64,000 bases of DNA from an uncultured Mycoplasmatota bacterium (lineage in GTDB: Bacteria; Bacillota_I; Bacilli_A; RF39; UBA660). The notes below the pieces were generated by a model that did not search any database, had not been told where the DNA came from, and saw nothing but the letters and a program-made list of their open reading frames with translations. Positions 1 through 9,474 of the stretch are shown piece after piece (positions within the stretch are counted from its first letter, which is position 1; the number at the start of each line of letters is the position of its first letter). The position numbers and the translations under genes are program-made. The DNA lies in assembly GCA_900553855.1 (NCBI GenBank), contig USFG01000003.1, positions 12,630 to 76,629 of the forward strand, written 5' to 3'.

Positions 1-83
1 TAGTAATCTAGCACTCATGAACTTCAACCTCTTTCATAGTGATATATATTACAAAATTATTGATAAAAAGTCAAATTTTAAGT

Positions 84-114
84 TAAAAGAAAAAGTATAA
101 ATTAATATACTTTT
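84..114 (-). terminator. Rho-independent terminator after mltG
   Basis: 9-bp stem AAAAGTATA/TATACTTTT (91-99 / 106-114) with a 6-nt loop and a T-rich tract on the minus strand. It abuts the mltG stop codon. Confidence 0.45.
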
Positions 115-1236
115 CTAATATTCATACCATAATCCATCTTTTCTCAGTTGTGAAACTGTTTGAGTATGTTCTTTGTAAGTTTTAGCAAAATAAGTTTTTT
201 TATTTTTATCGGCAACAAAGTAATAATAATCATGTTCTTCTGGTTCCATAACGGCATTTATTGAATTTAGTGAAGGACTATCTATTGGTCCAATTGGTAA
301 ACCAGTAAATGAACAAGTATTTTCACTTCTTGTATTGTATTTATTACATGATTTTAAATTGTTATTGGTTAAATCTTTAGTAAAATCTTTATTAACAGCA
401 TAATAAGTTGTTGCATCAGATCCAAGTGTCCATCCAGCTTCTATTCTATTATAGAATACTCCAGCAACACCTGCTCTATCGTCTGAATTTGCTCCTTCAA
501 GCTCAACTATTGAAGCAAGAGTAAGTAACTCATGAACACTAAATTTACTAACATTGATATCATCTTTATATACTTCTAATTTTTTTCCCATTGTATAAAT
601 CATTTTATTAAGTATTTCATCTATGGTTGCATTCTTTTTAAAATCATAGGTATCTGCAAACAAATATCCTTCTAATGGATGATATATTCCATCTTGTTTT
701 ATATCCTCAGTAATGAAATCATAGGTACTTATCATTTTGTTAACGAATTCATCACTATCAGCATAAGATATAACGTCATCAGCCTTATAACCAAATTTAG
801 TTTCAATTACTTTTGCATAATCAGTTAATCTTTTGCCTTCGATAAAAGTTACCTGAATTACTTCTGTTTCTAATGATTTATTTTTATGAAGAGTATCTAT
901 TATTTCATTAACACTCATACTTTTAGATAAATTATAAGTACCAGCATATAATTCCTTATTACTATTTAATTTAATATAGATCTTAAATATGGTTGCATTT
1001 TTTATTAAACCTGCTTTTTCTAAATCATCAGCAATTTTATTTTTACCTGTATTATTTTTAATCTCAAATTTGATTATTTCATCACTTTTCTTATCTACTG
1101 GAGATAAATAATAATCGCTTGCTACAATAAATGAGACAAGCACAACTATCACAATTGCACAAATAATTAAAATTATTTTATTTACTCCTAATTTTTTATT
1201 TTTAACAATTTTGTCTTTATTTATTTTCTTCTCCAC
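115..1236 (-). CDS. mltG: Endolytic murein transglycosylase MltG (YceG-like)
   Basis: N-terminal TM helix followed by YceG-type motifs ASIVELEG, GVFYNRI, LGSDATTYY and YNTR..GLPIGPIDSPS. Lies in the conserved Firmicutes order ireB-ruvX-DUF1292-mltG. Confidence 0.9.
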   Translation of the reverse strand: MEKKINKDKIVKNKKLGVNKIILIICAIVIVVLVSFIVASDYYLSPVDKKSDEIIKFEIKNNTGKNKIADDLEKAGLIKNATIFKIYIKLNSNKELYAGTYNLSKSMSVNEIIDTLHKNKSLETEVIQVTFIEGKRLTDYAKVIETKFGYKADDVISYADSDEFVNKMISTYDFITEDIKQDGIYHPLEGYLFADTYDFKKNATIDEILNKMIYTMGKKLEVYKDDINVSKFSVHELLTLASIVELEGANSDDRAGVAGVFYNRIEAGWTLGSDATTYYAVNKDFTKDLTNNNLKSCNKYNTRSENTCSFTGLPIGPIDSPSLNSINAVMEPEEHDYYYFVADKNKKTYFAKTYKEHTQTVSQLRKDGLWYEY

Positions 1237-1510
1237 TTTCTTCTCCTATCTTTTCTTGTAGTGAAGCAAGTAATCCTTCAATAACTTCCCACTCTTTATC
1301 TGTTTCAATTTGTCCTAAATTAATATCGTTCCCACTAGGATCATAAGTATTAGCATATACTTTTATTTTACCATTTTCATCAGTTGTATTATCAGTAAAC
1401 ACTATATAACTTTTTTTAAATTCGTCTGAATCAAATGTAAATAAAACGTTACATGTTAATTCTTCTCCTTTATTATTTTTAATTGTAAATGTTCCATTTG
1501 AATTATTCAT
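1217..1510 (-). CDS. DUF1292 (YrzB-like) small acidic protein
   Basis: 97 aa with the pattern GEELTCNVLFTF...YIVF...KVYANTY...IETDKEWEVIE and an acidic tail. Same position as B. subtilis yrzB between ruvX and mltG. Confidence 0.75.
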   Translation of the reverse strand: MNNSNGTFTIKNNKGEELTCNVLFTFDSDEFKKSYIVFTDNTTDENGKIKVYANTYDPSGNDINLGQIETDKEWEVIEGLLASLQEKIGEESGEENK

Positions 1511-1923
1511 TTCTTCTCTTCCCTTCTTAAATATGTATCCAAAATGATAGCTGCTGATGTATTATCGATATGTTCTTTTCTTTTTTTTCTGGACATATCA
1601 TAATCGAGTAATATTCTTTCAGCTTCAACAGTAGATAGTCTTTCGTCAATTAATTCTATTTTTAAATCGGTTTTTTCTTCTAATAATTTTTTAAAATTTA
1701 AACTTCTTTCACTTGCAAAGCCAAGTGAATTGTTCATATTTTTTGGAAGCCCTAAAACTAAATTATCAACTTTTTCTTTTTCAATTATTTCTAAAACTTC
1801 ATTTACAGCATCTTCTATATTATTATATTTAATTAATTTGTAAGGTGATGCTATAATTCCTTGTTTATCAGATATTGCAAGACCTAAAGTTTTAGTTCCT
1901 AAATCCATTCCTAATGTTCTCAT
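1507..1923 (-). CDS. ruvX: Holliday junction resolvase-like RNase H-fold protein RuvX/YqgF
   Basis: N-terminus MRTLGMDLGTKTLGLAISD, LGLPKNMNNS and ERLSTVEAE are typical YqgF motifs. The 4-nt overlaps with both neighbours suggest coupling. Confidence 0.9.
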   Translation of the reverse strand: MRTLGMDLGTKTLGLAISDKQGIIASPYKLIKYNNIEDAVNEVLEIIEKEKVDNLVLGLPKNMNNSLGFASERSLNFKKLLEEKTDLKIELIDERLSTVEAERILLDYDMSRKKRKEHIDNTSAAIILDTYLRREEKK

Positions 1924-2165
1924 TTTAAAAAGTAATTCTCCACTAATATTGAAATTAATTTTACTTTTTCAATATTCATTATTTTTTCTCTAGCTCTTTT
2001 GTAATTAGTAATATATCCTGCATCTCCAGTAACTAGATAACCGGTTATTTGATTGACTGGATTATATCCACTTTCTTCTAAAGCTTCAAATACTTCAAAA
2101 AAAGTTTTACTAACTAAAGCACTTTCTATTTTTTTATGATCAAATAATGATGTATTATCTAACAA
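1920..2165 (-). CDS. IreB-family regulatory phosphoprotein (DUF965/YrzL)
   Basis: 81 aa with EALEESGYNPVNQITGYLVTGDAGYIT..KRAREKI, characteristic of the IreB/YrzL family. TTG start behind a GGTGG SD. Confidence 0.85.
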   Translation of the reverse strand: MLDNTSLFDHKKIESALVSKTFFEVFEALEESGYNPVNQITGYLVTGDAGYITNYKRAREKIMNIEKVKLISILVENYFLK

Positions 2166-2240
2166 ACTACCACCTACTCAATAAAATAATTATAACAAAA
2201 TATTACAATCATTTCAATTTGATTACTTAAATAAAATGGT

Positions 2241-2276
2241 AAAAAAGAAAAAAACTATGAATAAAATTTTCATAGT
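2241..2276 (-). terminator. Rho-independent terminator after ftsK
   Basis: 8-bp stem ACTATGAA/TTCATAGT (2254-2261 / 2269-2276) followed on the minus strand by a long T tract (A-run 2241-2253 on plus). Confidence 0.55.
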
Positions 2277-2281
2277 CTTAA

Positions 2282-4519
2282 TTATTGTTCTTCTTTGGAT
2301 ATTTTAACGATTACTTCTCTAGGTTTTGAACCGTTTTGTGGTCCAATTATACCTCTTTCTTCAAGTAAATCAACAATTCTAGCCGCTCTTGAAAAACCAA
2401 CTCTAAATCTTCTTTGTATTAATGAAGCACTTATCTTACCGGTTGTTATGGCAAAATCTACAACATCATTATAAAGAGGATCATCATATTCTTCAGTACC
2501 ACTATTTGCACCAGCCATGTGATTATCAGGTATTTCAGTTAAACTATTATCATAACTAGCAACTTGTTCTTTGGAAACATAATCAATTAATCTTTGAGTT
2601 TCTTCATCAGAAATAAAGTTTCCTTGAATTCTTATTGGAGTATTTTCACCCATTGGAAGATATAACATATCACCTTTACCAAGTAATTTTTCAGCTCCAG
2701 CTCGATCTAAAATAGTTCTTGAATCGATTTGAGATGCAACGGCAAATGAGATACGTGATGGAATATTAGCTTTAACAACCCCGGTAATTACATCGGTTGA
2801 TGGTCTTTGAGTTGCAACAATTAAATGAATACCAGCGGCTCTTGCCATCTGAGTTATTCGCATAATTGAGTCTTCAACCTCTTTAGCAGCAACAAGCATT
2901 AAATCAGCAAGCTCATCTATTATTACTAAAATATATGGCATCTTAGGAACATTTGTGTTATTCTTTTTATTATTTTTTTCGATCAGTTCATTATATCCTG
3001 AAATATTTTTAACGTTGTTATCAGCAAATTTTTGATATCTATTTTCCATTTCAGCAACTATTTTTTGCAATACGACATTGGCTTTCTTAGGATCAGTAAC
3101 AACTGGACATAATAAATGTGGTATTCCATTATAATTAGATAATTCTACCTTTTTAGGATCGACAAGCACTAATTTAATATCATTCGGATTCATTCTCATT
3201 AGGATAGAAGCGATAAAACTATTAATACAAACTGATTTACCTGAACCAGTAGATCCGGCAACAAGTAGGTGTGGCATTTTAGATAAATCAGCGCAACATG
3301 TTCTTCCCATTAAGTCTTTACCAAGAGCAACTAATATCTTAGCATCATTCATTGATTTTGGAACAGTGCTTAATACTTCTCTAATTGGAACACTAGAGAC
3401 ATTTCGATTAGGTATTTCAACTCCAACAGTACTTTTTCCCGGAATAGGTGCTTCAATTCTAACATCTTTAGCGGCTAACGCTAGTGCTATTTCTTTACTG
3501 ATGCTTGTAATTCGGTTAACTTTAGTACCTGCTTTAATTTCGACTTCGAATTGTGTAACAGCTGGCCCTTCATGAATTTCAACTACTTTACCAGTAATTT
3601 GAAAATCTCTTAATACTTTTTCAAGGGCAATACGGTTTTGATTTAAGAAATCACTATTATTAATTTTTTTAGTTTTAGCAGGTTGATTTAATATATCAAG
3701 TGGTGGTAAATGATACTCTCCATTTGAACTGTTTTGAATAGTTATAGGCTCGTTGCTTGGACATTTCTCTTCTTTATTTTCATAGTTTTCGTTATGAAAT
3801 CTGCTAATGTCTTCACTTGATGTGATTATGACTTGTTTGTTAGTATTATTGGCTGGAACTATTTCTTCGTCTTCATCGTCATTATCATCATCTTCTTCAC
3901 CAGTAACTTTCAAAGCCTTGCTAGATTTAACACCGTCACCAAATCCTTTAAAGAATTTAATAATTTTAACTACAATATCTGCAAGTGATACATTAAGAGC
4001 CATTACAACTCCAAAAATAGCAAATACGGCTAAAATGATATAAGTTCCGGTTAAATCAAATAAATTAACAAATCCCCAAGAAAAGAATGCTCCAATTATT
4101 CCTCCACCAGTCTGACTTAAATTTATAAAATTTTCACTATTTATTGTATTCATAAAATTATCTATGGTATTTTGAAATATATCATTATTTTTAAGTACTG
4201 CACTATCAGCAATATAGTTAATATGACTAAGAGCAAGTAACGCAATTAATAAAAGATATAAACCGATTAATCTTGAATTAAAGAATTTAGGTAAATCTCC
4301 TTTAATTATCATATATAGGCCTAGAATAATTAATAATAAAACAAAAATAGCCCACCAAGTTCCCATTAAAAATATACAAAATGATTTAATAAGATGTCCT
4401 ACTGGACCAAACGCTCCTATTCCAATTATTCCAACAAGTACAAGTAATAAACCAATTAGTTCTGAAGAAAATTTAGTTTTACTAGCACTTTCACCTTTTC
4501 TTTTTTTCTTTTTAGCCAT
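2282..4519 (-). CDS. ftsK: DNA translocase FtsK/SpoIIIE
   Basis: N-terminal polytopic membrane domain and an acidic linker (EEDDDNDDEDEE). Motor domain has Walker A GSTGSGKS and Walker B VIIDELADL. C-terminal gamma winged helix SASLIQRRFRVGFSRAARIVDLLEERGIIGP. Confidence 0.92.
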   Translation of the reverse strand: MAKKKKRKGESASKTKFSSELIGLLLVLVGIIGIGAFGPVGHLIKSFCIFLMGTWWAIFVLLLIILGLYMIIKGDLPKFFNSRLIGLYLLLIALLALSHINYIADSAVLKNNDIFQNTIDNFMNTINSENFINLSQTGGGIIGAFFSWGFVNLFDLTGTYIILAVFAIFGVVMALNVSLADIVVKIIKFFKGFGDGVKSSKALKVTGEEDDDNDDEDEEIVPANNTNKQVIITSSEDISRFHNENYENKEEKCPSNEPITIQNSSNGEYHLPPLDILNQPAKTKKINNSDFLNQNRIALEKVLRDFQITGKVVEIHEGPAVTQFEVEIKAGTKVNRITSISKEIALALAAKDVRIEAPIPGKSTVGVEIPNRNVSSVPIREVLSTVPKSMNDAKILVALGKDLMGRTCCADLSKMPHLLVAGSTGSGKSVCINSFIASILMRMNPNDIKLVLVDPKKVELSNYNGIPHLLCPVVTDPKKANVVLQKIVAEMENRYQKFADNNVKNISGYNELIEKNNKKNNTNVPKMPYILVIIDELADLMLVAAKEVEDSIMRITQMARAAGIHLIVATQRPSTDVITGVVKANIPSRISFAVASQIDSRTILDRAGAEKLLGKGDMLYLPMGENTPIRIQGNFISDEETQRLIDYVSKEQVASYDNSLTEIPDNHMAGANSGTEEYDDPLYNDVVDFAITTGKISASLIQRRFRVGFSRAARIVDLLEERGIIGPQNGSKPREVIVKISKEEQ

Positions 4520-4632
4520 ATACTATCAACTCCATTATAATTATAAACCATATATAAATTTAATGCAAAAAGAAACTGTAAAGTTACATTAAGAATAACT
4601 ATTTAATTATATTAATATTTTCACTTGTTCGC

Positions 4633-4661
4633 TTGTTTATAAATTACACTAATAGTATAAT
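4633..4661 (+). promoter_or_regulatory. Sigma-A-type promoter of the small-peptide (candidate type I toxin) gene, copy 1
   Basis: TTGTTT (4633-4638), a 17-nt spacer, then TATAAT (4656-4661). Confidence 0.4.
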
Positions 4662-4736
4662 ACCAACTAAGGAACAATTAGTTGCTGGGTGTCTATCCTC
4701 ACCTTTTAATAATAATAAGATGAGGAGGTGATGCAT

Positions 4737-4829
4737 ATGAGTAAAAGAAAATTTATTATTAAATTTCTAAGATACTTATGTTTCATTATTCTGTGTATAT
4801 CTATTTTGGTATATATAATAAAAAAATAG
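4737..4829 (+). CDS. 30-aa hydrophobic peptide, candidate type I toxin (copy 1)
   Basis: Not in the ORF track because it is too short. Strong SD GAGGAGG (4722-4728) lies 8 nt before the ATG. The product is MSKRKFIIKFLRYLCFIILCISILVYIIKK: basic N-terminus, single TM helix, KK tail. A homologous locus lies at 63321-63410. Confidence 0.5.
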   Translation: MSKRKFIIKFLRYLCFIILCISILVYIIKK

Positions 4830-4941
4830 ACACTTAATTACCAGGAAAGATAATTAAATGTCTTATCACAATATATAAAGGATAGACATTCAGCATAGCA
4901 AACTAAATGTTCCTTTTTTATTTTATGTAAGTTTTCCTTAC
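4820..4941 (-). ncRNA. Candidate antisense sRNA (antitoxin-like), copy 1
   Basis: Starts about 7 nt downstream of TATTAT. Has a 5' stem-loop GTAAG/CTTAC. Ends at a 13-position hairpin (4828-4840 / 4851-4863, one mismatch) plus a T7 run that overlaps the last codons of the peptide ORF. The 5' ~45 nt are ~90% identical to 63207-63255. Confidence 0.45.
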
Positions 4942-4947
4942 GTATTC

Positions 4948-4976
4948 ATAATAGCATATTTTAAAAAAATTATCAA
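4948..4976 (-). promoter_or_regulatory. Sigma-A-type promoter of antisense sRNA, copy 1
   Basis: On the minus strand: TTGATA (4976-4971), a 17-nt spacer, then TATTAT (4953-4948). Confidence 0.4.
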
Positions 4977-4995
4977 ATTAATTAATTCAAAATAT

Positions 4996-5874
4996 TTACC
5001 TCATATAAGTAAATATTTTAATTTTATTCATTGGTCCATCACTATTTAATATTTCATTTTCTAATTTTTTTCGATTAAATTTAACCAAAATTTTTTGAAC
5101 ATCAAATCCTTGATTATTTCTTTTTTCTTTTAAAATAACATAAGATGCTGTATCAATTGGATCATTTCCATAAGCCATGCCAACAGCTCTTAAAGTATAA
5201 AAAGATGTATTTTTTCCTTCTTCAAACATTTCAAAATGAACATGTCCCTGTAATATAGAAGCATAGTCAGTTACTTTATTACCATTAAATAATGGCTCAT
5301 TCATCGCTGAAATTAGTCCTTTAGCTTCTTCATTATTTTCTCCTAAAAATTTAATCTTATTTACCATATCAAGTTTTTGTTCTTGACTATTTGTATACAA
5401 AAATTGTTTATATGCATTTTTACCATTATTATAATTTGCTTGATAAGTCCAAGTACTAAATCTATCAAAATCAAATCTACAATCATTGGCAAAATGACAT
5501 AATGCGATTTTCTTTCCACCCAAAGTTAAATCAATAAAATGAGGATATAATTTTATAATTCCTATTTCATAACTACTTAAATTAGATAATGTCCATAAAT
5601 AACTTTCTTCTTTTTCATGAGTAAAAAAACTTCTAAATGGTGCAATTCCTAAAGCTATATAATCTTCACTATTACCTGCTATAGATTTAACATTATATTC
5701 ATTTAATAAATCCATTACTTCCTTAGGGCTAGGTCCAACTCCGAAATTATCACCTAAAGAATATATTTCTGTTATCCCTTTATTTTTTAAATCTTCTAAA
5801 CAAGCAATAGTTGGCACTAACAAACTATGAACATCAGTAATGATTCCAATACATCTTCCAGTATAATTATTCAT
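4996..5874 (-). CDS. Calcineurin-like metallophosphoesterase
   Basis: Motifs IITDVHS (DxH), SLGDNFG (GD), GNSED (GNHE-like, His missing) and GHVHFE (GHxH). Confidence 0.7.
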   Translation of the reverse strand: MNNYTGRCIGIITDVHSLLVPTIACLEDLKNKGITEIYSLGDNFGVGPSPKEVMDLLNEYNVKSIAGNSEDYIALGIAPFRSFFTHEKEESYLWTLSNLSSYEIGIIKLYPHFIDLTLGGKKIALCHFANDCRFDFDRFSTWTYQANYNNGKNAYKQFLYTNSQEQKLDMVNKIKFLGENNEEAKGLISAMNEPLFNGNKVTDYASILQGHVHFEMFEEGKNTSFYTLRAVGMAYGNDPIDTASYVILKEKRNNQGFDVQKILVKFNRKKLENEILNSDGPMNKIKIFTYMR

Positions 5875-5879
5875 TTTCT

Positions 5880-6731
5880 TTATTTTCCTTCTAAATAGGC
5901 AATTATTTCTTTATAAGTTTCATCATAACATTTATCTAACTTAAACCATTTAACATCCATTTGATTTTTAAACCAAGTATATTGTCTTTTAGCATAATGT
6001 CTACTATTTTTCTTAATTAAATCTAAAGCTTCATTTAAACTTATTTTACCATCAAAATACATATATAATTCTTTATAGCCAATACAAGTAAGCACTGCTT
6101 TTGAATATACATGTTCATCATACAACTTTCTTGCTTCTTCAATTAAGCCATCTTTAACCATTATATCAACACGCTTATTAATTCGATCATATAAAACATC
6201 CCTATCCAAATCAATAGCAATAAATTTAGCATCATATAATAATTCATTGCCTTTATTATCATAATCTTCTTTTTTATTAAGTGCTCTTATTAATCTCTTT
6301 CGATTATTTACGTGTATATCAAGATTAGGATATTTTTCTTTAACTTTTTCATATAATTCTTCATTAGAAATATCATTATAAGTATCATAAGAAGTATCAT
6401 CTTCAAACACATAATTATATAAACCAGCTTTAATATATAAACCAGTACCACCTACAATTATAATATTTTTATCTTTATTATTATCTAATATATTTCTTAA
6501 ATCTTTTTGATAATCATAAACTGTATACATATCATTTTTATCTACTATATCAAATAAATAATGAGGAATTCCTTCTTTTTCTTCTTCTTTAATTTTCGCA
6601 GTTGCAATATCAAGTTCTTTATAAACTTGAAGTGAATCAGCATTAACTACTATTCCATTATATCTTTTTGCTAAATCAACACTTAATCTTGTTTTATAAC
6701 TAGCCGTTGCCCCACATACTACTATAATCAT
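5880..6731 (-). CDS. miaA: tRNA dimethylallyltransferase MiaA
   Basis: IPPT-family pattern NADSLQVYKELDIATAKIKEEEKEGIPHYLFD and RHYAKRQYTWFKN. The P-loop reads GATASYKT, which deviates from GPTASGKT. Confidence 0.9.
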   Translation of the reverse strand: MIIVVCGATASYKTRLSVDLAKRYNGIVVNADSLQVYKELDIATAKIKEEEKEGIPHYLFDIVDKNDMYTVYDYQKDLRNILDNNKDKNIIIVGGTGLYIKAGLYNYVFEDDTSYDTYNDISNEELYEKVKEKYPNLDIHVNNRKRLIRALNKKEDYDNKGNELLYDAKFIAIDLDRDVLYDRINKRVDIMVKDGLIEEARKLYDEHVYSKAVLTCIGYKELYMYFDGKISLNEALDLIKKNSRHYAKRQYTWFKNQMDVKWFKLDKCYDETYKEIIAYLEGK

Positions 6732-6732
6732 T

Positions 6733-8517
6733 TTAATTCATTACCCTCTTAAATAATCTTTCTAATTCATATTTAGTAAATGTAATAATAGTTGGTCTTC
6801 CATGCGGACAATTATAAGGATTATCACATTTAACTAATTGATTTAATATGCTTTCAGCTTCTTCCATTGTTATTGAGGTATTTCCTTTAACACTCATCTT
6901 ACAAGCACATGTAGCAGAAATATTATCAATAAATCTTACTCTATCAAAATCTTTAGGCATTTCTAAAATATAATCAATAATTCTTCTAATATTTTCTTCT
7001 TCATAACCTGAAATTAACCAGGTTGGATGGGTTTTAATAATAATTGTATTTATTCCAAAATCATCAATAACAAAACCTAAATCAGTTAATACTTTTTTAT
7101 TATCTTGTAATTTTAAATAGTCACTAGGAGATAGTTCAATACTTATTGGAATAAGTAAATCAGTTGTTTTAATTTTATCATCATATAATGCATTTCTAAT
7201 CTTTTCATAATTAATTCTTTCTTGAGCAGCATGTTGATCTATTAGGTACATCGCATCATCATTTTGGGCAATTATATAAGTTCCCATAACTAATCCACAA
7301 GGATAAAACTCAATCTTTTTAATTTGTTCATTCTTTTCATTAACTTTAAAATCCATAGTTACTTGTTCTTTTTCACTTTGATTATCATTAATAGAATCAT
7401 TAATAAATAAAGGAGTTTCCTCTATAACATAATCTTCTTCACTATCATTATTAAAAGATTTATCAACTTCACTTACTGTTTGAATAGGAATATTTATTTG
7501 TTTACTTTCTTTAACTTCTACATTTGGCACTAATAAGCTATTATATAAAGCATCTTTAATAGCGCTAGTAATTAAACTAGTTAAACTATCTATCTTACTA
7601 AATTTAATATCTTGTTTAGTTGGATGAATATTTACATCTATTAAAGTAGGATCTGTTTCAATTTTTAAAACTACCACTGGATATTTAATATCAGGTTTAT
7701 ATGTGTAATAAGCATCATTAATAGTTTTATTTACCTCAGCATTTTTAACTACTCTACCATTAACTATTGTAATCATAAAATTACGATTAGACTTTAATAC
7801 ACATGGTTTACAAATATATCCAGAAATATCATAATCATCGTTACTAGCGTTTATCTTAACCATATTTTTACTGATATTTGCTCCAAATAATTCATGTATA
7901 ACTTTAAGTAAATTATTACTACCACTTGTTTCTATTAAAGTATTCCCATTATTCATAAGTTTAAATGATACATTAGGATAACTAAGCGCTAATTTCTCTA
8001 CATAATTAGTTATATAACTTAACTCAGTTACTTCACTTTTTAAATATTTAAGTCTGGCAGGGGTATTATAAAATAAGTCTCTAACTGTAACAATAGTTCC
8101 TTTTCTTAAATCACATGATGAAGTATTTTCTAACTTACCGCCATTTATTTCTAAATAAGTTCCTTCTTTACCATCACTAGTTCTTAAACTTACTTTAGAA
8201 ACAGATGCAATTGATGGAAGTGCCTCACCTCTAAAACCAAGTGAATTAATAAAGAATAAATCTTCTAATTTATATATTTTACTAGTTGCATGTCTTTTAA
8301 ACGCTAAAAGAGCATCTTCATGATTCATTCCAATTCCATCATCAGTTATCATTATTTCTTTTAATCCTGAATTAATTAGTTCTATTTTAATTGATTTACT
8401 CTGAGCATCTATTGAATTTTCAACTAATTCTTTAACCACATTAGCAGCTTTCTCTACTACTTCTCCAGCCGCAATTTTATTGGATAAATCTTCATCCATT
8501 ACTCTAATTTTTGTCAT
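6733..8517 (-). CDS. mutL: DNA mismatch repair endonuclease MutL
   Basis: GHKL ATPase N-terminus (IAAGEVVEKAANVVKELVENSIDA), endonuclease motif DQHAAQERINYE and C-terminal CPHGRP. Confidence 0.93.
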   Translation of the reverse strand: MTKIRVMDEDLSNKIAAGEVVEKAANVVKELVENSIDAQSKSIKIELINSGLKEIMITDDGIGMNHEDALLAFKRHATSKIYKLEDLFFINSLGFRGEALPSIASVSKVSLRTSDGKEGTYLEINGGKLENTSSCDLRKGTIVTVRDLFYNTPARLKYLKSEVTELSYITNYVEKLALSYPNVSFKLMNNGNTLIETSGSNNLLKVIHELFGANISKNMVKINASNDDYDISGYICKPCVLKSNRNFMITIVNGRVVKNAEVNKTINDAYYTYKPDIKYPVVVLKIETDPTLIDVNIHPTKQDIKFSKIDSLTSLITSAIKDALYNSLLVPNVEVKESKQINIPIQTVSEVDKSFNNDSEEDYVIEETPLFINDSINDNQSEKEQVTMDFKVNEKNEQIKKIEFYPCGLVMGTYIIAQNDDAMYLIDQHAAQERINYEKIRNALYDDKIKTTDLLIPISIELSPSDYLKLQDNKKVLTDLGFVIDDFGINTIIIKTHPTWLISGYEEENIRRIIDYILEMPKDFDRVRFIDNISATCACKMSVKGNTSITMEEAESILNQLVKCDNPYNCPHGRPTIITFTKYELERLFKRVMN

Positions 8518-8520
8518 AAA

Positions 8521-9474
8521 CTACTTAAACACACTTTCTCTAAACTCTAATAAACTACTATCTATGTTAGATACACAAATGGTACATTCATTTTTAACAT
8601 TTATAAAACCTAAACCATAAATTACAATATCACTATTTGAATCAATCTTCTGATTATATGTAAAACTTATATCATTTTTGTAATATTTTTTTATTTCTAA
8701 ATCATAACAAGAATAAATAGTTATACTAGTTGATGCAGAAAAATTAAGATAAAATTTATCTATTTTAAGTACTTCTCCATCTTTCATTTGGTATGTTAAA
8801 GGTTTAATCACTTTCTTTAATGGACAATTTACTTCATAACTATCAGTTACAAACCCAGGAGAATCAATTATAGTTAAATTATTATTAACATTTAGTCTTA
8901 TAAAATCTAGAGTAGTATTTTTACTATTACTTATAGTTGTTTTAGTTAATTTAGAATCAAAGGCATCTAAAATATTATTTATTAAGGTACTTTTACCTGA
9001 ATTGGTTTCTCCTAAAATGTAACTTTCCCTAATATTATTAGTTATTAAATAATTAATTAAAGAATCTATTCCATAACCATTAACACTACTAACAAATCTA
9101 ACATTATTTACTTTATAATTATCCATTATATATTTTCTAATATTATCAATTTTAATATCTTTTGGAATTACATCTATTTTAGATATTAACAATAGTTTTT
9201 TACCTTTAATCTTATTATAGATATTAATTATTTTATCTGATAAAGATAGAAAGTCACACATAAATATTGTATGTTTATTATCACGGTTAACTAAATATAA
9301 TATTTCTTCAACTTTTTTAGGAACTGTATCATTAATATTTACTCCGTAATGCATTAATTTAAAACATCTCATACAATATTTAGCATCATTTAATTTATTT
9401 TCTGGAACATAACCTTTAGAATCTTTATTACTATATTGTAATTTAGCACCACATCCAAAACATATTCTACTCAT
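8521..9474 (-). CDS. yqeH: Ribosome biogenesis GTPase YqeH
   Basis: N-terminal Zn ribbon CFGCG...CMRCF and a circularly permuted GTPase with GETNSGKST and DSPGF. Confidence 0.88.
   Translation of the reverse strand: MSRICFGCGAKLQYSNKDSKGYVPENKLNDAKYCMRCFKLMHYGVNINDTVPKKVEEILYLVNRDNKHTIFMCDFLSLSDKIINIYNKIKGKKLLLISKIDVIPKDIKIDNIRKYIMDNYKVNNVRFVSSVNGYGIDSLINYLITNNIRESYILGETNSGKSTLINNILDAFDSKLTKTTISNSKNTTLDFIRLNVNNNLTIIDSPGFVTDSYEVNCPLKKVIKPLTYQMKDGEVLKIDKFYLNFSASTSITIYSCYDLEIKKYYKNDISFTYNQKIDSNSDIVIYGLGFINVKNECTICVSNIDSSLLEFRESVFK

Noticed and set aside
1-37. A possible start of another minus-strand gene at the window edge (AGAGG SD, ATG at 17, MSARLL...).
   Set aside because: Only six codons are inside the window. 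The gene cannot be identified or verified.
3366-4043. Plus-strand ORFs 3366-3575 and 3807-4043 inside ftsK. The same applies to similar antisense ORFs in the track: 10311-10538, 11847-12062, 20270-20594, 21547-21774, 21889-22128, 24442-24717, 30245-30451, 33471-33861, 35279-35945, 37371-37715, 42575-42757, 45405-45982, 49776-50015, 51003-51254 and 53290-53826.
   Set aside because: Each lies antisense within a well-supported gene. They have low-complexity translations and no SD sequence. They are the expected by-product of AT-rich coding sequence with few stop codons on the opposite strand.
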